Assembly: GCA_963804995.1 (NCBI GenBank)
Contig: CAWDSK010000006.1
Coordinates: 832,001-896,000, forward strand
DNA length: 64,000 nt
Origin: an uncultured Acidobacteriota bacterium
GTDB lineage: Bacteria; Acidobacteriota; Terriglobia; UBA7540
Direction of reading: 5' to 3'
The translations under genes and the position numbers were made by a program. The notes under the pieces were generated by a model that saw nothing but the letters and a program-made list of their open reading frames with translations, was not told the DNA's origin and searched no databases. Shown here piece after piece: positions 9,154 through 19,775 of the stretch; position 1 is the stretch's first letter, and each line of letters begins with the position of its first letter.

Positions 9154-10470
9154 TGTCCCTACCAGTAATCTCGTTCAATTTGAAATGATTGATCTTATCG
9201 AGGGCTCTTGTTAACCTTCGTGGCCCATGTTTACTCCTCTCCTTTGCGCCTTTGTCAGCATCCGATCGTGGTTTCGATCTCGTGCAGCGCTGCAGGTTGA
9301 AATCCTCGCTCTTCGCCACCAGCTATCTGTCCTTAAGAGGTCGCAGCACGGCCGACTTCGTCTGAACTCCGCGGACCGACTGCTCTGGGTTTGGCTGTCC
9401 TGCTTCTGGTCGCAATGGCGCGCGGCGCTGCTCCTCATAAAGCCCGAGACAGTTATTGCCTGGCATCGAAGAGGATTCCGCTGGTATTGGAGAGGGAAGA
9501 GTCGGCAGGGCGAACCGGGGATGCCTACCCTCGATTTGGAAGTTCGGGGGTTGATCCGCAAGATGAGTTTGGCGAACCCGCTCTGGGGAGCACCACGGAT
9601 CCACGGTGAGATCCTTAAACTTGGCATCGAGGTTTCCCAGGCCACCGTGGCCAAGTACATGGTTCGTCAGCGAAAATCGCCCTCCCAAACCTGGCGTACT
9701 TTCCTGAATAACCACGCTAAGCAGTTGGTCTCCACGGACTTCTTCGTCGTGCCGACCGTCACTTTTCGGGTTCTATATGTGTTTATCGTCTTGGCGCACG
9801 AGAGGCGGCGTCTCCTCCATTTCAACGTTACCCCGCATCCCACCTCGGAAGGGACGGCGCGACAAATGGCCGAGGCCTTCCCGTGGGAAACTGCTCCCCG
9901 CTACCTGCTGCATGACCGCGATGCAATTTATGGAGATTCTTTTCGTGAAAGAGTTCGGGGCATGGGTATAAAGGAAGTCCTGACGGCCCCGCAATCGCCC
10001 TGGCAAAATCCTTACGCCGAGCGACTGGTGGGCTCCATTCGGCGCGAGTGCCTGGATCATATCGTGATTCTCAACGAGAGGTCTCTGCGGCGATTTCTCA
10101 AATCCTATTTCGATTATTACCTGCGTTCGCGCACTCACCTCGCGCTCGGCAAGGACCCTCCTGAATCGCGCCCCGCGGAGTCTCCGGAGCTTGGTCCCAT
10201 AGTCGAACTTCCTGAAGTCGGTGGACTTCATCACCGATACGAGCGGCGCGCGGGTTGAACAGGCGATCTGTTCGGAAGATTCTCAGTCTCCTTCCGCTAC
10301 GGGCGACCTGAGGTGCTCAACAGGAAGCCCCGCTAATTTGGGTTCCTCCGATTCGTACACTTGGACACATCGGCTATGAACTGAGCGCGATAAGGAATTC
10401 GCCGAACGGGAAGTACTAACTCCCCTCGGCCCTTCCTTCGCTTGGAGTGATCGAGTTTTTGGTATCGACA
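9154..10470 (+). mobile_element. IS481/IS3-like (rve) insertion sequence, complete
   Basis: Ends TGTCCCTACCAGTAATCTCG and CGAGTTTTTGGTATCGACA (imperfect IRs, TGT...ACA); no target duplication because the flanks are unrelated fragments. Confidence 0.85.
9227..10258 (+). CDS. Integrase-core (rve) DDE transposase
   Basis: WGAPRIHGE HTH, STDFF, LLHDRD, PWQNPYAERLVGSIRRECLD, GGLHHRY. Confidence 0.93.
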   Translation: MFTPLLCAFVSIRSWFRSRAALQVEILALRHQLSVLKRSQHGRLRLNSADRLLWVWLSCFWSQWRAALLLIKPETVIAWHRRGFRWYWRGKSRQGEPGMPTLDLEVRGLIRKMSLANPLWGAPRIHGEILKLGIEVSQATVAKYMVRQRKSPSQTWRTFLNNHAKQLVSTDFFVVPTVTFRVLYVFIVLAHERRRLLHFNVTPHPTSEGTARQMAEAFPWETAPRYLLHDRDAIYGDSFRERVRGMGIKEVLTAPQSPWQNPYAERLVGSIRRECLDHIVILNERSLRRFLKSYFDYYLRSRTHLALGKDPPESRPAESPELGPIVELPEVGGLHHRYERRAG

Positions 10471-10676
10471 GGTGTTGCCTTCCCCACATGTACACAGGGT
10501 CGACGCCCCGTATCCCCGATTTTCGAAGCTCAATACCCAGCCCACTGATGCCTCTGTTTACGCTTCAACGGCCACCTCGCGATGGCCGCCGCAAAACTCG
10601 AGGTCAGGATGGTTCGCTACTCCTTTCCTGCAGGACTCTTTCATTCCCGACTACATGCCGGTTTATCCCGGCGCAC
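10471..10676 (-). mobile_element. Group II intron 5' fragment (domain I only)
   Basis: GTGCGCCGGGATAAACCGGCA start identical to the intron at 2341; colinear similarity to 2140-2341; truncated by the IS end at 10470. Confidence 0.85.
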
Positions 10677-10772
10677 GTACAAGATCGGTACAACTTGAGC
10701 GTTCCGAATGTGCATTTGCGTGCTTTTTGGTCGCCAACCGTGCCGCAAAATCAACGAGTTACCTTATTGCTG

Positions 10773-10816
10773 CCAGATTTCTAATCCGAGGGTCGTGGAT
10801 TCCTCCACCCCTACCA
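10773..10816 (+). pseudogene. Degenerate tRNA 3' fragment (Arg-UCU-like), possible att scar
   Basis: CCAGA-TTTCTAA-TCCGA-GGGTC ... CCCCTACCA; T-loop damaged. Confidence 0.35.
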
Positions 10817-10841
10817 ATTTTTCAAGCAGTTAGTGGAAGGC

Positions 10842-11348
10842 ACTTTCCCGATGGCTACATTTTCCGGCTACTTTAAGGGGCAGAAGGTTTGTGCTGCTTG
10901 AGTTGTGAACCTGCTACCTCAAGACTCTTCAAGATTAGCTCTGAAGCCAGCAACTGAGCCTGATCGCTAGAGCCGCCGAGCCCAACACTCGTGCCTTCGT
11001 TCACGTGACCCAGGCGATCCATCCGCGTCTTCACGTCCACCCCTTTGTGCTGCCCCCAGCGCGTTCCGACTGTGCGAAACCCCGTTGAGGAACCTACTGG
11101 ATTGAAAGTTCTAACCGACCGTATGGATCGATTGGCCGCAAGTTGCGCGGTGCGTTTCCGGGCTGTGCTTCCTGCGTTGTTGAGGCAAACACCGTCCCGC
11201 AGGCTGTGCTTCCATTATGCTTCCAATAAACGGGCTGAAAAAGCGGAGCAGAACCAAGCTAATATGCGTTGAATCAACGAGATGGCCTTGGGCGACTACA
11301 GCCCTGAAAAGGCTGGCGTCGGCGGTTCAACTCCGTCCCGCGGCACCA
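10842..11348 (+). repeat. 507-bp direct repeat, copy 1 (tyrosine-integrase C-terminal remnant plus tRNA-Phe 3' fragment)
   Basis: Near-identical, indel-free match to 54367-54873; minus strand encodes DVKTRMDRLGHVNEGT (LGH box). Confidence 0.92.
11299..11348 (+). pseudogene. tRNA-Phe(GAA) 3' fragment, att-like
   Basis: CAGCC-CTGAAAA-GGCTG anticodon arm, GGCGG-TTCAACT-CCGTC T arm, CCGCGGC-ACCA end; no D arm. Confidence 0.8.
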
Positions 11349-11602
11349 TATCTGCTATGTTAGCAATGGCTTCCAACCATCAAAGTCCCTCAAGAACACC
11401 TTTCGCGCCGCCTGTGCTTGCCCTCACTGTAATCAGAGTGATCGCCGTAAGTTTTGCGATATCAAGAAGGTGGAACTTGGTAGAGCGCAGCCCAGAAGGG
11501 CTTGGCGTCGACCGATTGGCGAACTACCTCGGACCATTTAACTAATGAGCACAGGAATTTGCAGCTGCCGTTCGCCAGAATCTCAGCCCCGACGAAACCT
11601 AG

Positions 11603-12500
11603 CCCGGATTTCTCACCAATAAATTGAAAAGGCTGTCTCTTTCTGGCATAAGTGCTCTTGGGAGAAAAACTTGTGCCGAAGAAGGAGGACAGCCTTTTGC
11701 GCACACAGTGTAACCAAGAATCGTTTGAATTTCATCCTCTGGCGGGGCGTGAGGTGAGGGGTGAGTTTGACGGCGGAGCGATCACGAGCGACGCGGGCGG
11801 TCTGCTGCTGCGCGAGGTGGAGAAGCGCACAGGGATCCTCGCGCGCTTTGCGGCCTGCTTTCGGGACTATCGGAAGCCCGAGCAGGTCGAGCACGGGGTG
11901 AGGGAGTTGGTAGCGCAGCGGGGGTATGCCCTGGCCCTGGGCTACGAAGACTTGAACGATCACGACCAACTGCGCGGAGACCCGCTGCTGGCGGTATTGG
12001 CCGAGAAGCCTGATCCGACGGGAAAGAGCCGGGCGAGAGAGCGGGACCGGGGGAAGGCGCTGGCGGGCAAGAGCACGTTGAATCGGTTAGAGCTGACCAA
12101 GGCAGAGGTTGAGAAGAAGGAGCGGTACAAGAAGATCGTGATCGACACGGACGCCGTGGATCGCCTCTGGTGAAGATTTTTCTGGAGGCGTACGCGACGC
12201 CGCCGGCCTAGATCGTGCTGGACCTGGACGCCACGGACGACCCGGTGCACGGGAATCAGGAAGGGCGATTCTTCCACGGTTACTACAGGCATTACTGCTA
12301 TCTGCCGCTGTACATTTTCTGCGGGGACTTTTTGCTGTGCGCGCGACTGCGGACTTCCAACATCGATGGCTCGGCTGGATGCGTGGAAGAACTAAAACGG
12401 ATCATGGCACAGATTCGCCAAGCTTGGCCGGAAGTGAAGATCACGCTGCGAGGCGACTCGGGATTTTGTCGGGAAGAGCTGATGGCCTGGTGTGAGCAAG
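11603..12500 (+). pseudogene. IS1380-family transposase remnant
   Basis: FDGGAITSDAGGLLL, GYEDLNDHD, LDLDATDDPVHGNQEGRFFHGYY, RGDSGFCRE; frameshift near 12170, stop, 3' truncation. Confidence 0.88.
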
Positions 12501-12574
12501 CGGGCCGCAGCATCGACCTGCGAGTTAGTTTGTCCATAGACTCCTCCCATACGAGGATGGATAAGCTCTTAGTA

Positions 12575-14512
12575 TTACTTGATCAAGTGATTCATGGCTG
12601 CAAATTGTCGCCGTATAGTCTCCACAAGCTCGGAGTGATCAGGAATCTGTTCGAGCAGTTGTGCTACGGTTGCTTTGGCCTCGGCAGCTCGCACGCGATC
12701 CTCTTCCGGAGTAGGGTCCTGATAGAACGTGTCCCCCTCCCCCCAACCCGACGCCATTTCCTGATACCCGGGAAACTTTAGCCACCCCGCGTATAACTTG
12801 GCCAATTGCGGATCATTACGTCGGTAGAGCTTCCGGATATAAAGTTCGGCGTACTCGTCAATCGTGAGACGCGGGTTCCAACTGAACTCTTCCAACGCCT
12901 GAACTGCGTTGTCCCAACTCTTGAAAGCGACGACCCGGATTTCCATACACTCTTGTCCGCGTTCATTTAGGATCGAAGCGCCATATTTGTAAGCGAAATC
13001 TGGAAAGCGCGAAATCTCGCGGTGGAGTAGATACCACCTGCTGCGTGGAAGATATTCTCGCCGAGATAGCGCTGCCATCATAACTGACCAGTCGATGTCA
13101 ATGAAATTGGGGTAGCGATCCTGATGCTGAACGATATCCCGTGTCCCCCAAGAATCGTATACCCAGAACTCCATATTCGGGTTGTGCCGTTGTCCGACAT
13201 CCACCATAGCAGCAAAGTACCGCTCGAAGATGGCAAAGTGGTTCCCGCGGCAGAGGTGGCAATTACAGACAAGGTAGTCGTTCTCGGAAAACTCGCCTCC
13301 GATTGCATCCAGTTTGGGATAGTGATCGAGCAGGTCTTCGAGATAGCTGCGCCAGAACTGCATCGTCTTCGGTTCAGAGCCGCACACCCAGCTATATTTA
13401 TTGCTAAGCGACTCGTCCCTTGTTCCTCCCAGCACCCCCTCGCCGAACTTTTGGTAATCCTCCCATTTTGGCCCGTCAGGGATGTCATTCGGATTGAAGT
13501 TCTTTCCTGCCAATTCCGGATATCGCTTGACGACCGCGGTCCACTGGTCGGGAAAGTTGATCATCATAAATACGCGGATGCCGCGGCTGTGGGCGTAATC
13601 GATCAACTGGGTCATGAACTCGTGCTTGACGTTTGGATGATAACGGTTGACGAGGTCCGGGAAGCGCTTCGAATCGTATGCAATGCCAAACCCCACACCG
13701 AAAATCCAGGCATTGAGGATGTTGATCTTGTGGGACACCATCCAGTCGACGAAACCACGCCAGTCGTAACCCGAGCCGTCAGGCTTTGCCCATTCCTTTT
13801 CCCACTGGCCTCCTGCATACCAATCCGGACCGCCGAGGTTCGTGGCGATACTTCGGTATCGGAACGCCGGGAGATTCAAGATTGGCGTCAGCTTCGAGTT
13901 TAACGGGCCCACCAGCACGCCGTCACCTTCCTCGTAGAGCCGATCTGACAGCGTCTCAACGCCATACAGAACGCCTAGTGGCGTGTGTGCCGTGAGCGCC
14001 AGCGTGGGTCTTGCCTCGTAGTCACCGGCGTAAATAGCAAATCCTTGCTCCCCAAGATTTTCCGGAATCAACGCCCTCTTCAGGCTGCCTTTATCATGAT
14101 CCTCAAGGGGCACAATCAAGTGTTTTTCCCGCAAGAATTGCGCAGCCACAAGGTTTTCAGCGAAGGTGCCGACGAGAATTCTGCCACTACTGCCCGAGGA
14201 TTGGCTCCCCGAGACGAAAGGCACTTTCACTCCGGCGACCTCGGCAATGACGGATTGAAGCCGAGAAGCGGCATGCTGGGACATCTCTGACGCCCCAGCC
14301 GGAACGACAATCTCACAGGTCGGCTTCCTTGCCTTGGCCACTAGGAAGTTGACCTGTCCTGCGTGCGTCGGTGGCGAACCCCCGACCAGTTGGGAAGCCC
14401 TCTCGTTAGCAGCTCCTGCGTATGTTGAGCCAAGAAGCGTCGCAGTCACACCACCAAATGCAGCGCCACACGATTCCTTCAAGAACAATCGGCGGTCCAG
14501 TCGTGGCTTCAT
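12575..14512 (-). CDS. Tat-exported putative glycoside hydrolase (GH20/GH67-like N-terminal domain plus TIM barrel)
   Basis: DRRLFLK Tat motif; LGEQGFAI...GVLYGVETL; PAFRYRSI; AAGGAG RBS. Confidence 0.65.
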   Translation of the reverse strand: MKPRLDRRLFLKESCGAAFGGVTATLLGSTYAGAANERASQLVGGSPPTHAGQVNFLVAKARKPTCEIVVPAGASEMSQHAASRLQSVIAEVAGVKVPFVSGSQSSGSSGRILVGTFAENLVAAQFLREKHLIVPLEDHDKGSLKRALIPENLGEQGFAIYAGDYEARPTLALTAHTPLGVLYGVETLSDRLYEEGDGVLVGPLNSKLTPILNLPAFRYRSIATNLGGPDWYAGGQWEKEWAKPDGSGYDWRGFVDWMVSHKINILNAWIFGVGFGIAYDSKRFPDLVNRYHPNVKHEFMTQLIDYAHSRGIRVFMMINFPDQWTAVVKRYPELAGKNFNPNDIPDGPKWEDYQKFGEGVLGGTRDESLSNKYSWVCGSEPKTMQFWRSYLEDLLDHYPKLDAIGGEFSENDYLVCNCHLCRGNHFAIFERYFAAMVDVGQRHNPNMEFWVYDSWGTRDIVQHQDRYPNFIDIDWSVMMAALSRREYLPRSRWYLLHREISRFPDFAYKYGASILNERGQECMEIRVVAFKSWDNAVQALEEFSWNPRLTIDEYAELYIRKLYRRNDPQLAKLYAGWLKFPGYQEMASGWGEGDTFYQDPTPEEDRVRAAEAKATVAQLLEQIPDHSELVETIRRQFAAMNHLIK

Positions 14513-14584
14513 CGATCCGGTGCTCCTTTCGGTAGAATATTTAAAGACATAATGTTTCACAAACTCTCTATCGCTGTTTCCGGC

Positions 14585-17500
14585 TCAATAGCTGAGGTTG
14601 ACAACGTGCTCTCCCTTGGCCAAGTGCGCGAAGGAGATCAATCCTCCGCCCTGCGGAGCCCTCACCAGCTCCTGATCCAGCCTCACCTCACGCGGTGGCT
14701 TCCCCGCATATGCCCTCAGGTCTGTTGTCGCCGAACAAAAGACATGGATTTCAACCGGAGCCCCAGGCTCGCGTATAGCCACATCGGTCGCGGGGTTGGA
14801 AGAGAAAAGCACTTGCTCGCCACGCCGCAAGACCTTCAGATTCCCGCCGAAGATCTCTTCCCCACCTTTCCAATTCTTGATCGCAAGCACGTCGCCATCT
14901 GCCGTCAAGTTGCCCCGGCTCAACTCCCCCGGCTTGCGACGGAAAAGCACCTGTGTAGTCCCGTCTGGCGTTTCGAAGCCTTCACCCGACGTGGTTGAAA
15001 ATACTTGCAAGGGCGCCGCTTCCTGCCCGGCTGCTTGGAAGTGCAGTCCCACCAGAAAACGCCCTTCCTTCTCTCGAGCTCGAATCGAATCGGAACGTTT
15101 CCCGCCGCTTCACCGGGCTTCGGTCATAGTCGCGATAAGTGCCGAAGGAGGGGATCGGCTGCCGCTCCAGGGTCCAGTGGCTGTTCTCCCCTGCGGCGGT
15201 AAGCGCCGCAAAGGCCGCTTTGCCGCGGATCAGCGCCTCAGCAGCATCCATCTCCGCCTGCGCCCCCGGGGGAATATGAAGAAGCCATGCGTAGCTATGG
15301 GGCACGGCGGCCTCAACCCGGTCATGCACGATGAGGATGTCAGGCTTCACAAAAAGGTACTCACGCGTCAGGCGCGTGACCTGGCTGTCGTCTCGGTAAG
15401 CAGGAGCGAGGTTCGCAGAAAGATAATCGATCCCGGGCGAGAGGACGTGTTGCTCAAATTTCGGGAAATTCTGGAACTGCGGCCAGTAGCGGCCGTCGTA
15501 GTCTTTCTGGCTGAAGGGATCGTCATCGAGGATTACGGTATTGTGGGCGGGCGCCTGGGTAAAAAAATCCTGGAAATGCGGGTCCGTCTCGTTGTCGTAG
15601 TGCGCGTAACCCGCCTCGGAAACTAATTCCTCGCCGTAAGCTGCCACCAGAAAATTCCCTTGGTCATGGTGCTCGTGATTGAACCACGGTCCCACACGAA
15701 TTGAGATCACGGCGTCCTGGGGATCCCAGCCGCTTCGTATGACGGCGCTGCCGCGCTCGGGGAAAATGCGGGAAGGCGGGGGCGCCGGGAGGGTCACCCC
15801 GGCACGCGTGCAGCACACCAGGTCCAGAAGCCCGGGTAATCCCTCCCCGCCTGGACCCTTATCCCGCAATAGGAATTCGCTCCTTAGGCTGAGGTCTGTG
15901 GCGGTTTCGTAGAAGGCTTGTAGCGCCGGGTCACCCGCAAATTCCGCTCCCCACGCGTATCCTGAATGCTCCGTCACCTCCAACCCGGTATCTCCCGTAT
16001 CGAGCACCAGATCGGGCCGCACTTGGGCGTAACGAAGCGACCAGAAACCCTGCATCATCTTCGCGTATCCGCGCGGCCGGATGCCCAGGGCTTCGAGCGC
16101 CGCCAACCCCCAGGACATCCCTTCCATACCGAACTCTTGATAGCGTGCGGGCTCGGCCTCGCTGCCATCCCCGGGGAACAGGCCATCCAGCACGCGCTCA
16201 TACGCCACCACGAGCTCCGCCAAAGCTGGTCCGAACCTGGCCGTCCAATCAGGGATGTCGCCATACAGCGCCACGCAGGCCTCGATAGCCCCACCCACCG
16301 AGTGTGCCAGGTGGTTGGTGGCGTTGATCGGCACGTGATCGTACAAGAAGTATGCGTCGACGGCGGGACGGATGGAATTTTTCCAGAAGGCCTCGGCAAT
16401 CTTCGATTTCTCTTCCTGCGAAAGCTCCGCCGCGATCAGGTCGTAGCCGAACGCCACCTCCTGCGTGAATATTCCGATCCCGTAGTGGGTGTGGAGCCCC
16501 TTCGCTATGAACCACGGAGGGGTCCAAGTTGTCCATGCGGAGACGGTCAGCAGCCCCCGTCGGGCAGCCTCCAGCGCCTGCCGGTCACCGCTCATGCGAA
16601 AATCGAGGGCGTTGAAAGCGATAGCGTCGCCGTAACTATAAATGAAGTCATAGAATTCATCTAAACCGGGAAGTGCGTTGTCGGCAGGGAGTAGCTCGAT
16701 GCTCTCTCCTGCTTTGGGATTATATGCAAGGGAACTCCGCAACTCCCTCGCCCGCTTGTGCACAATGCTCAGCAATTCATTCGAGTTGGATTGCGACCGC
16801 AATTGTTCCAGGCGCGAGTCCGTGAGCAGCACCCGAGGATGCGGGGGGACTTTGCCCAGCGCCAGAAACCTAAAATCCGTCCTTGCCTGGCCGCTGGTGA
16901 TTACAGCCTTATAAAGGCCCGGCTTGTCGGGAGCGGCAACCTGCATCATTCGGACTTCCCCTGCCGGAATGCTCTCGGTCCGCGCCAGCCCTCCCTCCTC
17001 GTCATGAACAGCAACTCGCGCCGCCCCGCCCGGCCCCAAGTTCACCTTCAGGGCCTTATCCGCCGTTACCACGTCTCTCGCCACCGCGATATCCTGAACC
17101 GGCGACCGCTCCAGCATAGGCGCACGAACCGGAAGGTTCTCCTCCCTCTCCGCCTCAATCTCCAGAGCATGCAGCGTCAGCCGACTGTGACACCCGTAGG
17201 GAGGCGCCGCAACTTCCGCCTCCAAAATGATCACCTCCGCCTCGCTACCGCCTGCTGGAACTTCCAGTTGCCGGCCCTCGATCTGCACATCGTGCACCCC
17301 CGGTTGGAAGGAGAGTGCGTGGTTGTACCGCCGCCTCTCCCTGTCCCCCAAAACCAGTCGCAGGCTTTGGATCTTCCCGCACGTCTCCAACTCGTAAACA
17401 ATCCGAAAAGAAGATGACGGTCCCATATGGAATTTCAGCGACCGGACCATTCCCACCCGCAGCAGCCGTTCGCCGTATGAAATCACATCCCGGACCAGTA

Positions 17501-17735
17501 CCGGCAACCCGCTCACTTCCTTCGTATAAATTGTGGGGTCATAGCCCACATCCTGGAACAGCGGATAGCTAACCCATCCCGGAATCCCATGGCTGAAATC
17601 TTCCTGGAAGGTCCAGCGAGTCAAATCTGAGGCGCGCTGCAGAGCGTCCTCCGGCATGGGCCTGGGGCGAGCCTCCCCACATACCACTGAGCATAGAACT
17701 ACAAGGACAACGGCAAGTTGCTTTGGTTGGATCAT
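14585..17735 (-). pseudogene. Heparinase II/III-like polysaccharide lyase (frameshift near 15075; real or assembly error)
   Basis: Signal peptide; HPRVLL, IRSGW, NHEHHDQGNF, AHNTVILD; C-terminus continues in another frame (REKEGRFLVGLHF). Confidence 0.75.
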
Positions 17736-18153
17736 GGATGAGACTCCTGCGAACTCTCTTGAAGCTGCAAAAGCGAGCTCGCACGTTGCTGAATTTTCTG
17801 AAAGAGGGCGACAACGCCATCCCCATCTTGATGAGTCTCGAGAAAGATACAGTCTGGAATTTCCATTTTGGCCTTCCAACAGCCGAAAACTCACCTTGAG
17901 GTTAGTCAAAAAAGTCGGCCCGCTCAGGGTGACTCATGGTACGCAATGGCGGGCTTCAGATATTTCGCGAAATCGCACCGCGACGCGCGGTCACGAATCG
18001 ATTTCACTTAACCGGTATCATGGTAGGCATCAAGCAATAAGCTCTCCGCGCCATCATCTGTACATTGGCTGTCATCTGCCAGCTGGTTTCATTCGCAATG
18101 CGCGCGAGTTGTGGACGTAATACGTGCGTGAAACCCGTGGAGCGGCCTTATCG

Positions 18154-19098
18154 CTACGGAACGAGTTTGTCCAATTCCCTCCAACCAATGACGATAATAT
18201 GCTTGCTGCGCAGCGCCTCTTTGAACATCGGATTGCCTAGCACATCAAAGTCCCGTTGCAGCCGCGCTGCGGACCAGCCGGGATAATCACCGATCACGGC
18301 TTGGAGCTCCGGGTCGTCATAACCGAGATGCACAACCATTTCATTGAAGCCCGGCACGACTTGATCCAACATGCGCATGTACGCCTCCAACCATTTAACG
18401 GGGGGAGTAGAATCAGGTACCGTGAGAGACCGATCCTGAATGATGTCCTGCGGCGAGACCATGGAAAGCAATCCCATCTTCTCCAGGTAAGGGCGGCTAG
18501 CTCGGTAGGGCAGATGATACTCATGGGCCACGCTGAGCTCAACGGTGAAAAAATCCTTCCGCAGCTTAGGGACTCCATTGTGCTCGCTCAGGTAAGTCGG
18601 GTGCAAACCCATCCGAATGGCCTGTTCGATCTGCGCGCGAATCTCTCGTTCGACCTCCGCCGGCTGCCCGTGCTCGAGGGTTAAGGACGAACGCCACCAG
18701 AGATAACCATCGGGATCCAGCAGGCTTGGCACTTGGTTGCGCGCTGCCTGAGGCCCCCAACGAAAAGTCTTATAGTCGCTGTTTAACGTCATATGGAGGC
18801 CGATGTCCGCCTCCGGATGTTGCCGGGCATAGTCCACGACTTCCGGGAACCACGGGCACGGCACCATCACGTTAACCGAGCTCACATTATGGGCCTCAAG
18901 CGCACGGAAGCTGGCAAGGTCAATGGAATGGGCAGACGCGAGATCGTCAGCACCAATAATCAGCAGCTTCGCCTCCCGAGGATAACCAAGCCGCTCCGCC
19001 GCGCTCGGGGACTGAGCATATATCGCGGCACTTCCTCCCAATATGCCGAAAACCAACCCTATTGAGGCTATGAAAGAAAAGTTCAGTTGGGTTTTCAT
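18154..19098 (-). CDS. YdjC/ChbG-family carbohydrate deacetylase, exported
   Basis: LIIGADDL, MVPCPWF, IGLHMTL, VVHLG; signal peptide. Confidence 0.85.
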   Translation of the reverse strand: MKTQLNFSFIASIGLVFGILGGSAAIYAQSPSAAERLGYPREAKLLIIGADDLASAHSIDLASFRALEAHNVSSVNVMVPCPWFPEVVDYARQHPEADIGLHMTLNSDYKTFRWGPQAARNQVPSLLDPDGYLWWRSSLTLEHGQPAEVEREIRAQIEQAIRMGLHPTYLSEHNGVPKLRKDFFTVELSVAHEYHLPYRASRPYLEKMGLLSMVSPQDIIQDRSLTVPDSTPPVKWLEAYMRMLDQVVPGFNEMVVHLGYDDPELQAVIGDYPGWSAARLQRDFDVLGNPMFKEALRSKHIIVIGWRELDKLVP

Positions 19099-19426
19099 CC
19101 ACTTTCCCCTTTCCGGCTGGTTCGTGTATTCGGCCCCATTTCCAGTTGATTGGAATAGATCACGCGCGACTGCATGCGTCGGGGAGTCCTCAAATCCGTG
19201 CCCGACCTGATTTACAAGATCATGGCTTAGGTTCGACTGTATAATCGCCACATCCAACCCTTCAGCGGGATGTATCGAAATTTCCATCAACCAATGTGTG
19301 TGGCACCTATTTCAGTAATACGTTAATACTTCAGAATCGCAATTAATAGGAGCAGAAAGCTGCGGTGGCCGCATAATTCCCGTTTACCATCCTGGGTACA
19401 TCCCTCTCCAGGTTAGTATCTTGGCT

Positions 19427-19771
19427 TCAAAGGCCGGGGTAGCGCCCGCTCCAAGATGAGTGCGGAGCATATTTTTCGTCGTCATCCTGTTCTCTAAAGT
19501 AAACGTTAGGGAGGACCATGTAGGTCCCAATGCGCGGAAATATATTACGCCGCGCATATCTTTCTCTGGTGCTAGCGAAGAAGGACGGGTCGCTTCGGAT
19601 GTACGCATGAACCATTGCCTCGAAATTGGGGACGCTGATGACAAGCCTTCCGCCATAGCGCAGGATCCGGTGACACTCCTGTATGAAGAACTTTGCTGAT
19701 CTTGGGTAGTCGAGATGCTCCAGTAAACGCTCTGAGAAAACGAAGTCCGAACATGCGCTCTCCAGCGGCAT
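19427..19771 (-). pseudogene. Class I SAM methyltransferase fragment
   Basis: LLEHL...ECHRILRYGGRLVISVPN; N-terminal motif I missing. Confidence 0.55.
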
Positions 19772-19775
19772 CTCG

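Noticed and set aside
11273..11348. Complete tRNA-Phe gene (also 54798-54873)
   Set aside because: No D arm or canonical 5' half; only the last 50 nt are tRNA-like
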